Assembly (NCBI GenBank): GCA_963709585.1
Contig: CAVPXI010000006.1
Span: 32,001-96,000, forward strand
Direction: 5' to 3'
Source of the DNA: Candidatus Dormiibacterota bacterium
GTDB lineage: Bacteria > Chloroflexota > Dormibacteria > Aeolococcales > Aeolococcaceae
Length of the DNA stretch: 64,000 nucleotides
Part shown: piece by piece, positions 47,187 through 58,895 of the stretch
How the letters are laid out: each line of letters starts with the position of its first letter
Position numbering within the stretch: the stretch's first letter is position 1
Notes under the pieces: generated by a model
The model's database searches: none
What the model was told of the DNA's origin: nothing
Seen by the model: only the letters and a program-made list of their open reading frames with translations
Position numbers and translations under genes: made by a program

Positions 47187-47933
47187 TCAGCGGCTCCCGC
47201 GCACCGCGACGTCGGGCGAGGCCGGCTCGTGTTGCTCGAGGACGCGGTCGAGCCGGTAGCCGACGCCGTAGACGGTGGTGATCCTGAAGGGCAGCGCCTC
47301 GAAGGGCTCGAATTTCTCGCGCAGCCAGCGCACGTGGACGTCGACGGTCTTGCGCTCGCCAAAGAACTTGGGGCCCCAGACGCGCCGGATCAGCTGCTCG
47401 CGCGAATGCACCCTGCCAGGATTGGCGAGCAGGAACGAGAGCAGATCGAACTCCTTCGGTGAGAGGCGCAGGCCTTCCTGGCCCACCCGCACCGACCGGG
47501 CGCCGCGATCGAACCGGAACTCGCCGAACTCCTCGACCTCGACCACACCTCGTTCCTCGATGGCGGGCTGGGCACGGCGGAGCAGCGCCATCACTCGGGC
47601 GGTGAGCTCGGCGAGCGAGAAAGGCTTGGTCATGTAGTCGTCGGCGCCGACGCGCAGGCCGACGATCTTGTCCAGCTCGCTGTCGCGCGCGCTCAATACC
47701 AGGACGGGCGTCGTGGTCTCCTGGCGGAGGATGCGGCACACCTCCAGGCCACCGAGCTCGGGCAGCATCAGGTCGAGCACGATGAGATCGGGGCGCAGCT
47801 CGCGGGCCTTCTCGAGCGCCTCGATGCCGTTGGACGCCTGGCTCACCTGGTATCCCTCGCGCACGAGATTGAAGCGGAGGGTCTCTCGGATGACCTCCTC
47901 GTCCTCGACCACCAGGATGTGCTTGGCTCCCAC
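47187..47933 (-). CDS. OmpR/PhoB-family response regulator (PhoB/RegX3-like by context)
   Basis: VEDE, LDLMLP, GADDYMTKPF, LSPKEFDLL, TVDVHVRWLREK, TVYGVGYR. Confidence 0.92.
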   Translation of the reverse strand: MGAKHILVVEDEEVIRETLRFNLVREGYQVSQASNGIEALEKARELRPDLIVLDLMLPELGGLEVCRILRQETTTPVLVLSARDSELDKIVGLRVGADDYMTKPFSLAELTARVMALLRRAQPAIEERGVVEVEEFGEFRFDRGARSVRVGQEGLRLSPKEFDLLSFLLANPGRVHSREQLIRRVWGPKFFGERKTVDVHVRWLREKFEPFEALPFRITTVYGVGYRLDRVLEQHEPASPDVAVRGSR

Positions 47934-47944
47934 GATACGGGCTG

Positions 47945-47978
47945 AGCCTAGCCACCTCCCCTTTATGGAGGGGTTAAG
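47945..47978 (-). promoter_or_regulatory. Putative Pho-box promoter
   Basis: On the minus strand TTAAC and ATAAA start 11 nt apart, just upstream of a TAGGCT -10. Confidence 0.35.
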
Positions 47979-47984
47979 AAAAGG

Positions 47985-49636
<1,652 letters not shown>

Positions 49637-49640
<4 letters not shown>

Positions 49641-50593
49641 TGGTCAGTTGTTTCCTTGCGGTGCCCGTTGAGGATGCGTTCGGCCAGGGCGTACGGGTCC
49701 ACCTGGCTCAGATCGCCCTCGAGCTCTCGACTCATTGTCCCCTCATGCAGCGCGGTTCGCGCGCGCTCGGCCGCCCGCTCGATCACGATCGCCTCGACCT
49801 CGGCGCGGAGACGTGCGACCCGGCGGCGCTCGAGCTCTCCTGATTCCGCAATGGTGTCGCCGTGACGGTCGATGGCCCCCACCAGTTCGTCAACGCCTTC
49901 CCCGGTCTCCGCAACCGTGGTGAGGACCGGCGGCGACCATCCGGCGCGGATCGCGCCGTGGCGCACGAGCTCCTTGAGATCACGCACGACCTTGGAGGCG
50001 CCGGGAAGGTCGGCCTTGTTGACCACGAAGATGTCGGCGATCTCGAGGATGCCCGCCTTGATGATCTGGACGGCATCGCCAGTCGCGGGTGTGGTGACCA
50101 CGACCGTGGTGTCGGCGGTCTCCATCACCTCGAGCTCGGACTGGCCGACGCCGACCGTCTCGAGCAGGCACCGGTCACGGCCGGAGGCGTCGAGCAGGCG
50201 GATCGCCTCCCGGGCAGCGGCGGCGAGGCCCCCGAGATGCCCGCGGGCGGCCATGCTCCGGATGAAGACCCCGGGATCGAGCGTGTGCCGGACCATGCGG
50301 ACCCGATCGCCCAGGATCGCGCCGCCGGTGAACGGGCTCGAGGGGTCCACCGCGATGACGCCGATCAGGTGTCCGCCGGCTCGCCAGCGCTCGATCACCT
50401 GGTCGCAGAGGGTGCTCTTGCCGCTCCCTGGAGGGCCGGTGACCCCGATCACGCGCGCCCGGCCGGCTCGTTCTCGAACCTGACGGAGAAGATCGGCGAT
50501 GCCCGGGTCGCGATCCTCCACCATGCGGATCGCGCGTGCCAGCGCGCGCGTGTCGCCGGCCATCAGGCGTTCGGCAAGCTGTGCTTCGGACAT
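49637..50593 (-). CDS. meaB: Mutase-associated GTPase chaperone
   Basis: [51 protein letters not shown]. Confidence 0.95.
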
Positions 50594-50673
50594 CGCTCGA
50601 AGTCTACCGGCGCCCCGAGGTCAACCCGGCAACCGTAACCCTGACGTCAGGCGAGTTCGTTATAAAGCCTCAG

Positions 50674-51723
50674 GTGAGACGACAACGCGCCTCGTTGCGC
50701 CGCCATCACGGTCGGCGCAGCCGGGTCTTTCTCGGGTTCCTGATTGCGCTCGGCTTCGTGCTGTCCGGAGCGATCGGCGCGGTGGCGTACTTCATGCCGG
50801 CGATCGTGACCGCATTCCAGGACACGGGACACTCCATCGATCGGAGCTTGCAGTCGCCTCAGGCATCGGCACAAGCATCGGCTGCAGCCTCGGCGTCAGC
50901 GTCTGCAGTGGCGTCGGCACCGCCGGCGGTGGCGCCGCCGGGGAAGCCGTTCACGGTCCTCCTGCTCGGCTCCGACAACGACTCCAAGTTCGGCGGCATC
51001 GTTCTCACCCAGTCGATGATCCTGGCAAGGGTCAATCCGACCACCAGGCAGGTGGTCATGGAATCGATCCCTCGCGACCTGTGGGTACCGCTTTCGACCG
51101 GTGGCAGCGCGAAGATCGATGCCGCCTACTTGCACGGGGGTGCGAGCGCCGCGGTTGCCACGGTCGAGGAGAACTTTCACATCCACATCGACCACTACGC
51201 CTGGATCGGGTTGCTCGGCCTCGTGAACCTGATCAACCAGGTTGGGGGCATCGACGTGGTTGCGACCAATCCGGTCATGGACGACTTCTATCCGGCCGAC
51301 CTGAGCGGAAAGAATCCCTATGCGTATGAGCGGGTCGCCGTCCTGCCCGGTCCCCAGCACATGAACGGCATGCAGGCGCTGATGTACGTGCGATCCCGTC
51401 ACGGTGATCTGCGCAGCGACTTCGGCCGTTCCCAGCGTCAGCAGCAGGTGCTGCTCGCCCTGCGAGCCAAGGCGAAACTGCTCGGGATCGCCGACCTTCC
51501 TGACATCGCGACCGCCATGGCCAACGACTTCTCCACCGACATGAGCATCGGTGAGATTGCGTCGCTGCTGCCGATCGCGAGCAGCGTGCAATTGCAGAAC
51601 GTGCGCCAGGTCATCCTCGCGTCCCCGTACACGTCGACGGGAAAGCTCGACAACCAGGACGTGCTGCTGCCGAACTGGAATCTCATCCTCCCGGAGACGC
51701 ATCTGTACTTCCCCGCGGTCTGA
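50674..51723 (+). CDS. LCP (LytR-CpsA-Psr) family glycopolymer transferase
   Basis: N-terminal TM, VLLLGSD, SIPRD, KIDAAY, YVRSR, SDFGRSQRQQQV. Confidence 0.9.
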   Translation: MRRQRASLRRHHGRRSRVFLGFLIALGFVLSGAIGAVAYFMPAIVTAFQDTGHSIDRSLQSPQASAQASAAASASASAVASAPPAVAPPGKPFTVLLLGSDNDSKFGGIVLTQSMILARVNPTTRQVVMESIPRDLWVPLSTGGSAKIDAAYLHGGASAAVATVEENFHIHIDHYAWIGLLGLVNLINQVGGIDVVATNPVMDDFYPADLSGKNPYAYERVAVLPGPQHMNGMQALMYVRSRHGDLRSDFGRSQRQQQVLLALRAKAKLLGIADLPDIATAMANDFSTDMSIGEIASLLPIASSVQLQNVRQVILASPYTSTGKLDNQDVLLPNWNLILPETHLYFPAV

Positions 51724-51732
51724 GGGCCAACG

Positions 51733-52818
51733 ATGAGACGCGCGCTCACCGTCATCGTGCTGCTCGCGCTCATGGCCGGATTCGGGGTCGGCGTGAACCG
51801 GCTGATCGCGTCGAGAAAACACCCGATCCCAAGTGAGGCGACGGTGTTCAGCCCCACGGCAGAACGGCCCAAGGTGGTGCTCCCGGGCACGCTGTACCTG
51901 GCGCAGAACGGCGACGTCTACCGCCTCAGCGATGGATTCTTCACCGACCTCCACCTGTCGACAGGATCTGGACAGTGGATGCAACCCGCGTACGTTCCCA
52001 ATTCGCAGGATATCGTCGCCGTGCTTCGCGCCGCCGAGTACTCGAACCTCTACCTGCTGAACAACCAGGGCTTGATCATCCGCCGGCTCAGCAACAACGC
52101 ATGGACGCGTACCAACCAGATCTTTCTCAACCACTGGATGTTCTTTCCGCACATGGGCGCCGACGGCAACACCATCTTTTTCAGCTATGACCAGCCCAAG
52201 GACTCGGCGACGTACGCCGTCGACTTCTCGGTGTGGTCCGGGACACTCGACGGGAAGCTCGCCGCCACGCAGCTGAGCAACTCCAACAACTTCACCGGTG
52301 GCGACGTGAATCCCACGCCGATGGCCAACGGCGACGTCATCTACTCGAAGTACGCGATCGGCGGTGGCAATGCGTTCTCGCAGATCGCGATACAGGTCAA
52401 GCCGCGTGGCCGGACCATCCTGCTCACGACGCCCACCCAGGATTGCGGGCAGCCGGCGCCATCACCCGACGGCACCAAGGTGGCGATGATCTGCATCGGC
52501 GGCACCGGCCTGCAGAGCACGCGCCTGGAGGTCGCGACCTTGAGCGCCGGTAAGCCTGGGGCGGCGGTGACCATGGGGCTGCCGGAAACCCTGGTCAACA
52601 ACTGCCTGTGCGCGGCCCCGGTGTGGGCGCCGGACGGCAGCGGGCTCGTCTACTACAACACCGCCGATGCCACGGGACACTTCGAGCTGTGGTGGATCAA
52701 GGGCGCGTTGGGCGCCACGCCGTCGGCGCCACTACAGGTGACCACAAACCTCGACTTCGACGCAAGCTCGCCGCCGAGCTGGTCGCCGCTGAGCAGCGTC
52801 CCGGTGATGGCCCGGTAG
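51733..52818 (+). CDS. Membrane-anchored TolB/PD40-like beta-propeller protein
   Basis: N-terminal hydrophobic anchor; repeats MQPAY, QPAPSPDG, APVWAPDG, PPSWSP. Confidence 0.75.
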   Translation: MRRALTVIVLLALMAGFGVGVNRLIASRKHPIPSEATVFSPTAERPKVVLPGTLYLAQNGDVYRLSDGFFTDLHLSTGSGQWMQPAYVPNSQDIVAVLRAAEYSNLYLLNNQGLIIRRLSNNAWTRTNQIFLNHWMFFPHMGADGNTIFFSYDQPKDSATYAVDFSVWSGTLDGKLAATQLSNSNNFTGGDVNPTPMANGDVIYSKYAIGGGNAFSQIAIQVKPRGRTILLTTPTQDCGQPAPSPDGTKVAMICIGGTGLQSTRLEVATLSAGKPGAAVTMGLPETLVNNCLCAAPVWAPDGSGLVYYNTADATGHFELWWIKGALGATPSAPLQVTTNLDFDASSPPSWSPLSSVPVMAR

Positions 52819-52843
52819 CTCGCGCGGCAACCGGCAAAGAGAA

Positions 52844-53884
52844 CTAGTAGAAGACCTGGGCGAGCTCGTACAGCTCGCGAGGTACCCGCCGCTGCTCCGC
52901 GACGACGTCGGCGATGCTGGCGACATCGACCATCCCGCCAATCACCACGGGCATCTCGCCGAACAATCCCTCGACGACGAGGTCGTATGCCTTCGCCCCG
53001 ACACGCGTCGCCCAGATTCGGTCGTAGGCGGTCGGCGAACCGCCGCGCTGCACGTGTCCCAGCACCGTCGCCCGAGTCTCGTGCCCGGTGCGCTCCTCGA
53101 TGATTCGAGCGAGGTTCTCGCCAACCCCGCGACGCGAGAGCTGGACGTGGCCGAACGCATCCCGTAAGCCCGCCGCATCGTCTTTTGACTGCAACCCGTC
53201 CATCTCGACGCCCTCGGCGACGACGATGATGCTGAAGTCGCTCCCCGCGTTGCGTCGCACCTCGAGATGGGCGACAACCTCGTCGACGGTGACGTCGAAC
53301 TCGGGGATGATGATCATGTCGGCGCCGCCCGCGAGACCGCCCATGACCGCGACCCAGCCGGTATCACGACCCATGACCTCACACACCATCACGCGGTGGT
53401 GCGACGACGCTGTGGTGTGCAAACGGTCGAGCGCTTCGGTGACCACGCTCACCGCGCTGTCAAACCCGATGCAGTAGTCGGTGATGCTGAGGTCGTTGTC
53501 CATCGTCTTGGGGACACCGACCACACGCGCGCGCTCCTCGGCCAGGCGCGCGGCGACGCTCAGCGTGTCGTCGCCACCGATGGCGACCAGGGCGTCGAGG
53601 CGGAGGCGCTCCATGTTGTGCAGGACCTCGTCCAATCCATGGTCGAGCTTCATCGGATTCACACGCGAACTGCCGAGCATGGTGCCGCCGAGTTGCAGGA
53701 TGCCGGAGAGCTTGGAACGCTCCAGCGTCATCACATCACCCTCACCGATCAGGCCCGCCCACCCGTTGCGGATTCCGAACAGTGAATCGCCGGCCGCGAG
53801 CGCGCGTCTGCCGATCGCGCGGATCGCGGCGTTGAGGCCTGGTGCGTCACCGCCGCCGGTCAGGACGGCAATCCTCTGTCCCAC
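52844..53884 (-). CDS. pfkA: 6-phosphofructokinase with PPi-dependent signature
   Basis: TGGGDAPGLNA, GGDDT, PKTMDND, EVMGR, LGHVQRGG. Confidence 0.92.
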   Translation of the reverse strand: MGQRIAVLTGGGDAPGLNAAIRAIGRRALAAGDSLFGIRNGWAGLIGEGDVMTLERSKLSGILQLGGTMLGSSRVNPMKLDHGLDEVLHNMERLRLDALVAIGGDDTLSVAARLAEERARVVGVPKTMDNDLSITDYCIGFDSAVSVVTEALDRLHTTASSHHRVMVCEVMGRDTGWVAVMGGLAGGADMIIIPEFDVTVDEVVAHLEVRRNAGSDFSIIVVAEGVEMDGLQSKDDAAGLRDAFGHVQLSRRGVGENLARIIEERTGHETRATVLGHVQRGGSPTAYDRIWATRVGAKAYDLVVEGLFGEMPVVIGGMVDVASIADVVAEQRRVPRELYELAQVFY

Positions 53885-53907
53885 TCTTCGCCCTATGTTC
53901 TGCGGAG

Positions 53908-55465
53908 CTAGTGACCAACCCCGGGATCGCCGAGGAACGCCTGCTCTTCGGCGCTGCCGAGTATGACGGTCACGCCCCCGGCCGGGGCAGCCGCGGGCGT
54001 TGCCGGCGGGGTCGTCGCCGCCGCGGTGGGGGCGGGCTCGGTGGTGACGCTGACTCCGAAGTAGGCGGCCAGCCACTGTGCGGCGGCGGTGTCCGTTCCA
54101 CCGCTGTTGTCGATCACCTGGGTCGCGGCCTGCGTGGGCGCTTTGCCGCCGGCTGCCGTGGCGAACCCAACCATGTGCATCAGCGACGCCCAGCGAGTGG
54201 TTGCGTCGTTCTTGCGCCCGCTGGCATTGACGAAGGTGACCTGCGCGCCGTCAGCGAGCGCCGCGGGCGTCGGAAGGACGTCCTGGACGAAATGCGAGAT
54301 CGAGTTGAAGCTCTGATCGTTCGCGAAGAGGTAGTAGCTGCCGCAGCGAGTTCGGATACCCGCAGTCGTACAGGAAGTTGGTGTCGTCGATACTGATGTG
54401 CTCGATGGACGCGGGGTTCACGCCATTCACGAGTCCGTAGAGGGATTCGGCGTCACCGATGCTGAGATCGGTAAGCACATTGTTGCCAAGTGCGTTGAGG
54501 ACATCCGGGAGCTTGCCGATCCCGCCGACGCTCTCGATCTGCGATTTGAGCGCAACGATGATCTGCTGCTGCCGGCGGCTTCGGGCGAAGTCCGATCCCT
54601 GCCCATTGTTCCCATGGCGCGACCGAGCGTAGATCAGCGCCGTCGCTCCGTTCATGTGCTGCATGCCCGCCTTGAAGCGAACGGTCATGTACCCGCAGTT
54701 GCCAAGGTCGCACTCGCCGGCGGGGTACTGATAGTCCGTGAAAGCCGCCGGGACATCGACATTGATGCCGCCCACCGCGTCGACGGCTTGCTTGAACGCG
54801 TTGAAGTCGACGCCCACGAAATAGTTGACGCCGATCCCGAGAAGATGCGCGATCAGCGGATCCGCGACCGCAGCGCCCGCGTCCACCGCGCTCGCGGGCT
54901 GCGGTCCCTCACCGAGCATGCCCGCCGCATACGCAAAGTTGATCCGCTGCTCAGTCGACTTGCCGTTGCTCAGAGGGATGGTCACATACCAGTCGCGCGG
55001 GATCGAGATCTCCGCGATCTGGGGCGGGCGGCCCTGAAGGGGCTGGATCGAGATGACCATGATCGAATCGGTGAGGAAGGCGCCGGAATGCTGATTGCCG
55101 CCATATCCATAAAGGACGAGGTTGATGCGCTGGTAATGCTGGGCGTGCTGTTCGACGGACGAGCCGCCGCCGCCCTGGAGCGCGCCGATCACCGCACTGA
55201 TCGGGTTGGTGTGGAAGGTCTTGGCGAGTGCGAGCGAGAGACGCACACCGTAGACGCCACCGGTGACGAGCAGCAGGGAGAACATCACGATCGTCGAAAT
55301 CACGGCGCGCTTTCGCGTGAGCCAGTTGGGCACGGCGTTGTACCGGGACCGGCGGCGCCGGCGGACCGATGTGCTGCTGATTGTTGCCATAGTTGAGGTG
55401 TTGCTCTCGACTTTCCGAACGGGTGTACCGGCCGCCGCGAGGACGGTGCGGGGCCGGCGCGCCAC
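53908..55465 (-). CDS. LCP family protein with LytR C-terminal domain; frameshift near 54351
   Basis: AGGAGG RBS, TM segment, LTDSIM, SIPRD, RINFAY, YARSR, SDFARSRRQQ; the C-terminus (..VTVILG) is in the 53908 frame. Confidence 0.85.
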
Positions 55466-55601
55466 GGTGCGCTCCTCCTAAGGGGAACGTTGCTGGCAGC
55501 GTCTGGTTACCCGCCGCGAGGCACAAGGGTACCCCACGCCCCGCTGAGGCGGCGCCGACAATGGCATCATCAGCGGCCACAAGCGGGACGGAGGAGAGAG
55601 G

Positions 55602-56567
55602 GTGCGGGCGCAGCAGGTTCAGGGCCTCGAGGGTCCATCCGGCCTCCGTATGGTCGAGGTCGACGAGCCGGAGGATGCAGCGCGTGTGGTCATCGACGTC
55701 GCCGCCGCGGGCGTGAGCTTCCCGGATCTCCTGCTCACCCGTGGCGAGTATCAGATGAAGCCACCACTCCCGTTCGTGCCGGGGGTCGAGGTTGCCGGTC
55801 GTGTCCGCTCCGCGCCCGCGGGGTCGGGGTTCAGCGCGGGCGACAGCGTCATGGCCTTCACGATGCTGGGTGGCTTCGCGGACGTCGCCCTGGCCGAACC
55901 GGCGTTGACCGTCGCCATTCCGAGCGGGCTGACCGTCGAAGCCGCCGCCGGATTCGTCATGAACTACCACACCGCGCACTTCGCCCTGGCGCGCCGGGGA
56001 CGCGTCCTTCCGGGCGATCGGGTTGCGATCCATGGGGCGGCGGGCGGGGTCGGCACCGCCGCGATCCAGGTCGCTCGCGGCCTCGGTGCGGAAGTCATCG
56101 CCATCGCCGCGGGCCCCGACAAGATGCACATCGCCGAACGTGCCGGTGCGCATCGGGTGCTCGACGCCGAGGGCGACTGGGTCGCCGCGCTGCGCGCGCA
56201 GAACGACGGCCTCGGTGTCGACGCGATCCTGGACCCGGTCGGCGGGGAACGCTTCGACCAGAGCGTTCGCTGCCTTGCACCCCAGGGCCGGCTCATCGTG
56301 GTGGGATTCACGGACGGGCGGATTCCAAGCCTGCAGGTGAACCGTGTCCTGCTGCGCAACATCGATGTGGTCGGCGCCGCGTGGGGTGCGTTTCTCGCCG
56401 TCCAGCCCTCGCTCTTCGCGGAGACCCAGCGGGCTCTCAACGCGATGATCGAGACGGGCACGGTCGCGCCCATCGTCGGCGCGACCTATCCGCTCGAAGA
56501 GGCGCCGGCAGCTCTCAATCTCCTGGGTCAGCGGCGGGCGCGGGGCAAGGTCGTCCTCACGATGTGA
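55602..56567 (+). CDS. NADPH:quinone oxidoreductase (MDR family)
   Basis: GVSFPD, PFVPGVEVAG, HGAAGGVG, DPVGG, GKVVL. Confidence 0.9.
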   Translation: MRAQQVQGLEGPSGLRMVEVDEPEDAARVVIDVAAAGVSFPDLLLTRGEYQMKPPLPFVPGVEVAGRVRSAPAGSGFSAGDSVMAFTMLGGFADVALAEPALTVAIPSGLTVEAAAGFVMNYHTAHFALARRGRVLPGDRVAIHGAAGGVGTAAIQVARGLGAEVIAIAAGPDKMHIAERAGAHRVLDAEGDWVAALRAQNDGLGVDAILDPVGGERFDQSVRCLAPQGRLIVVGFTDGRIPSLQVNRVLLRNIDVVGAAWGAFLAVQPSLFAETQRALNAMIETGTVAPIVGATYPLEEAPAALNLLGQRRARGKVVLTM

Positions 56568-56595
56568 TGCCGGCGCGGCCGGACGGCGGCGACGG

Positions 56596-57744
56596 TCAGT
56601 TGCGCAGCAGGTCTCGAGCGATGACGACGCGCTGGATCTGGCTCGTTCCCTCGTAGATCTGGGTGATCTTGGCGTCGCGCATCATCCGTTCGACCGGGTA
56701 CTCGTTGACATACCCGTAGCCGCCCAGGATCTGGACCGCGTCGGTGGTGACCTTCATCGCGGTGTCCGCCGCGAGCAGCTTCGCGATCGCGGCGAAATGA
56801 CCCACCTCCGGGCTCTTGTCGTCGATGAGCTGCGACGCCCAGTAGACCATCGCCCGAGCGGCCGCGGTCTGCGCCTCCATGTCCGCGACCATGAACTGGA
56901 TCCCCTGGAACTCCGCGATCGCCTTGCCGAACTGCTTGCGCTCCTTGGCATATCCGACCGCGTAATCGAGGGCGCCCTGAGCGATGCCGAGCGCTTGTGC
57001 GGCCACCCCAGGCCGGGACCGGTCGAGCACCTGCATCGCGATCCTGAAGCCGTCGCCCTCATCGCCGAGGAGGTTCGCCGCGGGGGTCACCACTTCGTCG
57101 AAGTGGAGCTCCGCGGTGTTGCTGCCGCGAATGCCGAGCTTGCCGTGGATGGTGTTCGCCGCGAAGCCCTTGAGATGCTGCGCGTCCTCGAGCACGAACG
57201 CGCTCACCCCCTTCGCCCGCTCATCGGGATCGGTCTTGGCAAAGACGGTGATGGTGTCGGCGATCCCACCGGCGGTGATCCAGATCTTGCTGCCGGTGAT
57301 GACGTACTCATCGCCGTGGCGCTCGGCGCGGGTCTGCATCCCCGCCGGGTCGCTGCCGGCCCCGGGTTCGCTGAGCGCGTACGCGCCGAGCTTCGCCCCG
57401 CTCGCCAGCTCCGGGAGCAGCCGTGCCTTCTGCTCATCCGTCCCGGCGATCATCAGCGGATACCCGCCGAGCCCCTGCACGACGAGGATCAGTGCGCTCG
57501 TCGCGCAGACTTTGGCCACCTCCTCGATGGCGACGTTGAGCGTCAACGCACTTCCGGAAAGGCCGCCGTACTCGGGCGGGAAGGGCAGCGCGAAGAGATC
57601 GTGCTTGCGGAAGACATCGACGACGTCCCACGGGAATTCGCCGGTACGATCGATCTCCGCGGCACGGGGCGCGATGCGGTCGCGAGCGATATCCCGCACC
57701 GTGTCGCGGATCATGGTCTGCTCGTCGTTGAGGCGGATGTCCAT
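56596..57744 (-). CDS. Short-chain acyl-CoA dehydrogenase
   Basis: ALSEPGAGSD, GSKIWIT, KLGIRGS, ERKQFG, ILGGYGY, RDAKITQIYEGTSQIQR. Confidence 0.95.
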   Translation of the reverse strand: MDIRLNDEQTMIRDTVRDIARDRIAPRAAEIDRTGEFPWDVVDVFRKHDLFALPFPPEYGGLSGSALTLNVAIEEVAKVCATSALILVVQGLGGYPLMIAGTDEQKARLLPELASGAKLGAYALSEPGAGSDPAGMQTRAERHGDEYVITGSKIWITAGGIADTITVFAKTDPDERAKGVSAFVLEDAQHLKGFAANTIHGKLGIRGSNTAELHFDEVVTPAANLLGDEGDGFRIAMQVLDRSRPGVAAQALGIAQGALDYAVGYAKERKQFGKAIAEFQGIQFMVADMEAQTAAARAMVYWASQLIDDKSPEVGHFAAIAKLLAADTAMKVTTDAVQILGGYGYVNEYPVERMMRDAKITQIYEGTSQIQRVVIARDLLRN

Positions 57745-57775
57745 GCGGCTGCTGATGCTACCAAGCCAACCGGGA

Positions 57776-58895
57776 TCAGTCGTTGAGGAGATGGCGGGCG
57801 ATGACCACGCGCTGGATCTGGTTCGTCCCCTCGTAGATCTGGCACGCCTTGGCGTCGCGGAAACGCACCGCGGCGGGATGGTCGTCGACGCCCGACTCCG
57901 GGGCGCACATGTCGACCGCCGACTGCGCCACCGCAACACACGTGTCGGTCGAATACAGCTTTGCGATGGCGGCGTCGAGGGTGACGCTCCGGCCGGCATC
58001 CACGAGCGCCGCCGCGTATCGAGTTCAGCTGGCGGGCGGCGACGGTGCGAACCTCCATGTCCGCCAATGCCTCGGCGTCCACCTCCACTCCCGCGTCGCG
58101 GCGGCGGCGCGATGACTCGATGGCGGCATCGAGCGCTCCTTGGGCGATGCCCACGGCCTGCGCCGAGATACCGACCCTGCCGCCGTCCAGTGCCGACATC
58201 GCGACGGTGAACCCGGTTCCCTCATCGCCGAGGCGGTTCGCGGCCGGGACGCGCACGGTGTCGAGCACGAGCTCGGCCGTCCAGGAACCATGCAGTCCCA
58301 TCTTCGCGAGCGGTGTCCCGGCCGTGACCCCGGGCAACGCGGACTCGACCAGAAAGGCGCTGACACCGTGCGTGCCCTCGCCGGTGCGTGCCATGACGAT
58401 GTAGAGATCGGCGTCGCCGGCACCGGTGATGAAGGTCTTGGCTCCGTCGAGAACGTAGGTGTCGCCGTCGCGCACGGCGCGGGTCCGCATCGCGATCGCA
58501 TCGCTCCCCCCGGCGGCCTCGGTCAGTGCGAAGGCCGCGAGCCATTCGCCGGAGGCGAGCCTGCGCAGATACCGCGACTTCTGGTCATGGTTGCCGAAAA
58601 CAAGCAGGGGCTCGGTGCCGACCGACAGATGCACGTCGAGGATCACCGCGCAGCTGGCGTCAGCGCGCGCAACCGCCTCGATGAGCAGGATGAAGTCGGC
58701 GTGGTTCCCACCGGCGCCGCCGAAGGCCTCGGGCGTGAGGATGCCCGCAAGCCCGGCTTCGCCCGCCGCCTCGACGATTCGCTTGGGGGACGGACCGTTC
58801 CCGCGCGCCATCGCCGGCGCGATCGGTGTGATGGCCTCGTTGACAAAGCCGGCGATGCGTGCAGCGAGCCCCGGGTGGTCGATGTCAGTCGACAC
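57776..58895 (-). CDS. Acyl-CoA dehydrogenase (divergent); frameshift near 58024
   Basis: ALTEAAGGSD, GAKTFIT, KMGL.GS, RDAKACQIYEGTNQIQR in the second frame; lacks the usual R.QFG and GG.G motifs. Confidence 0.82.

Noticed and set aside
45553-47955. Apparent 800-aa Ppx with a long N-terminal extension
   Set aside because: The extension is an alternative frame over the response regulator; ppx has its own TATACT, RBS and TTG start at 47118
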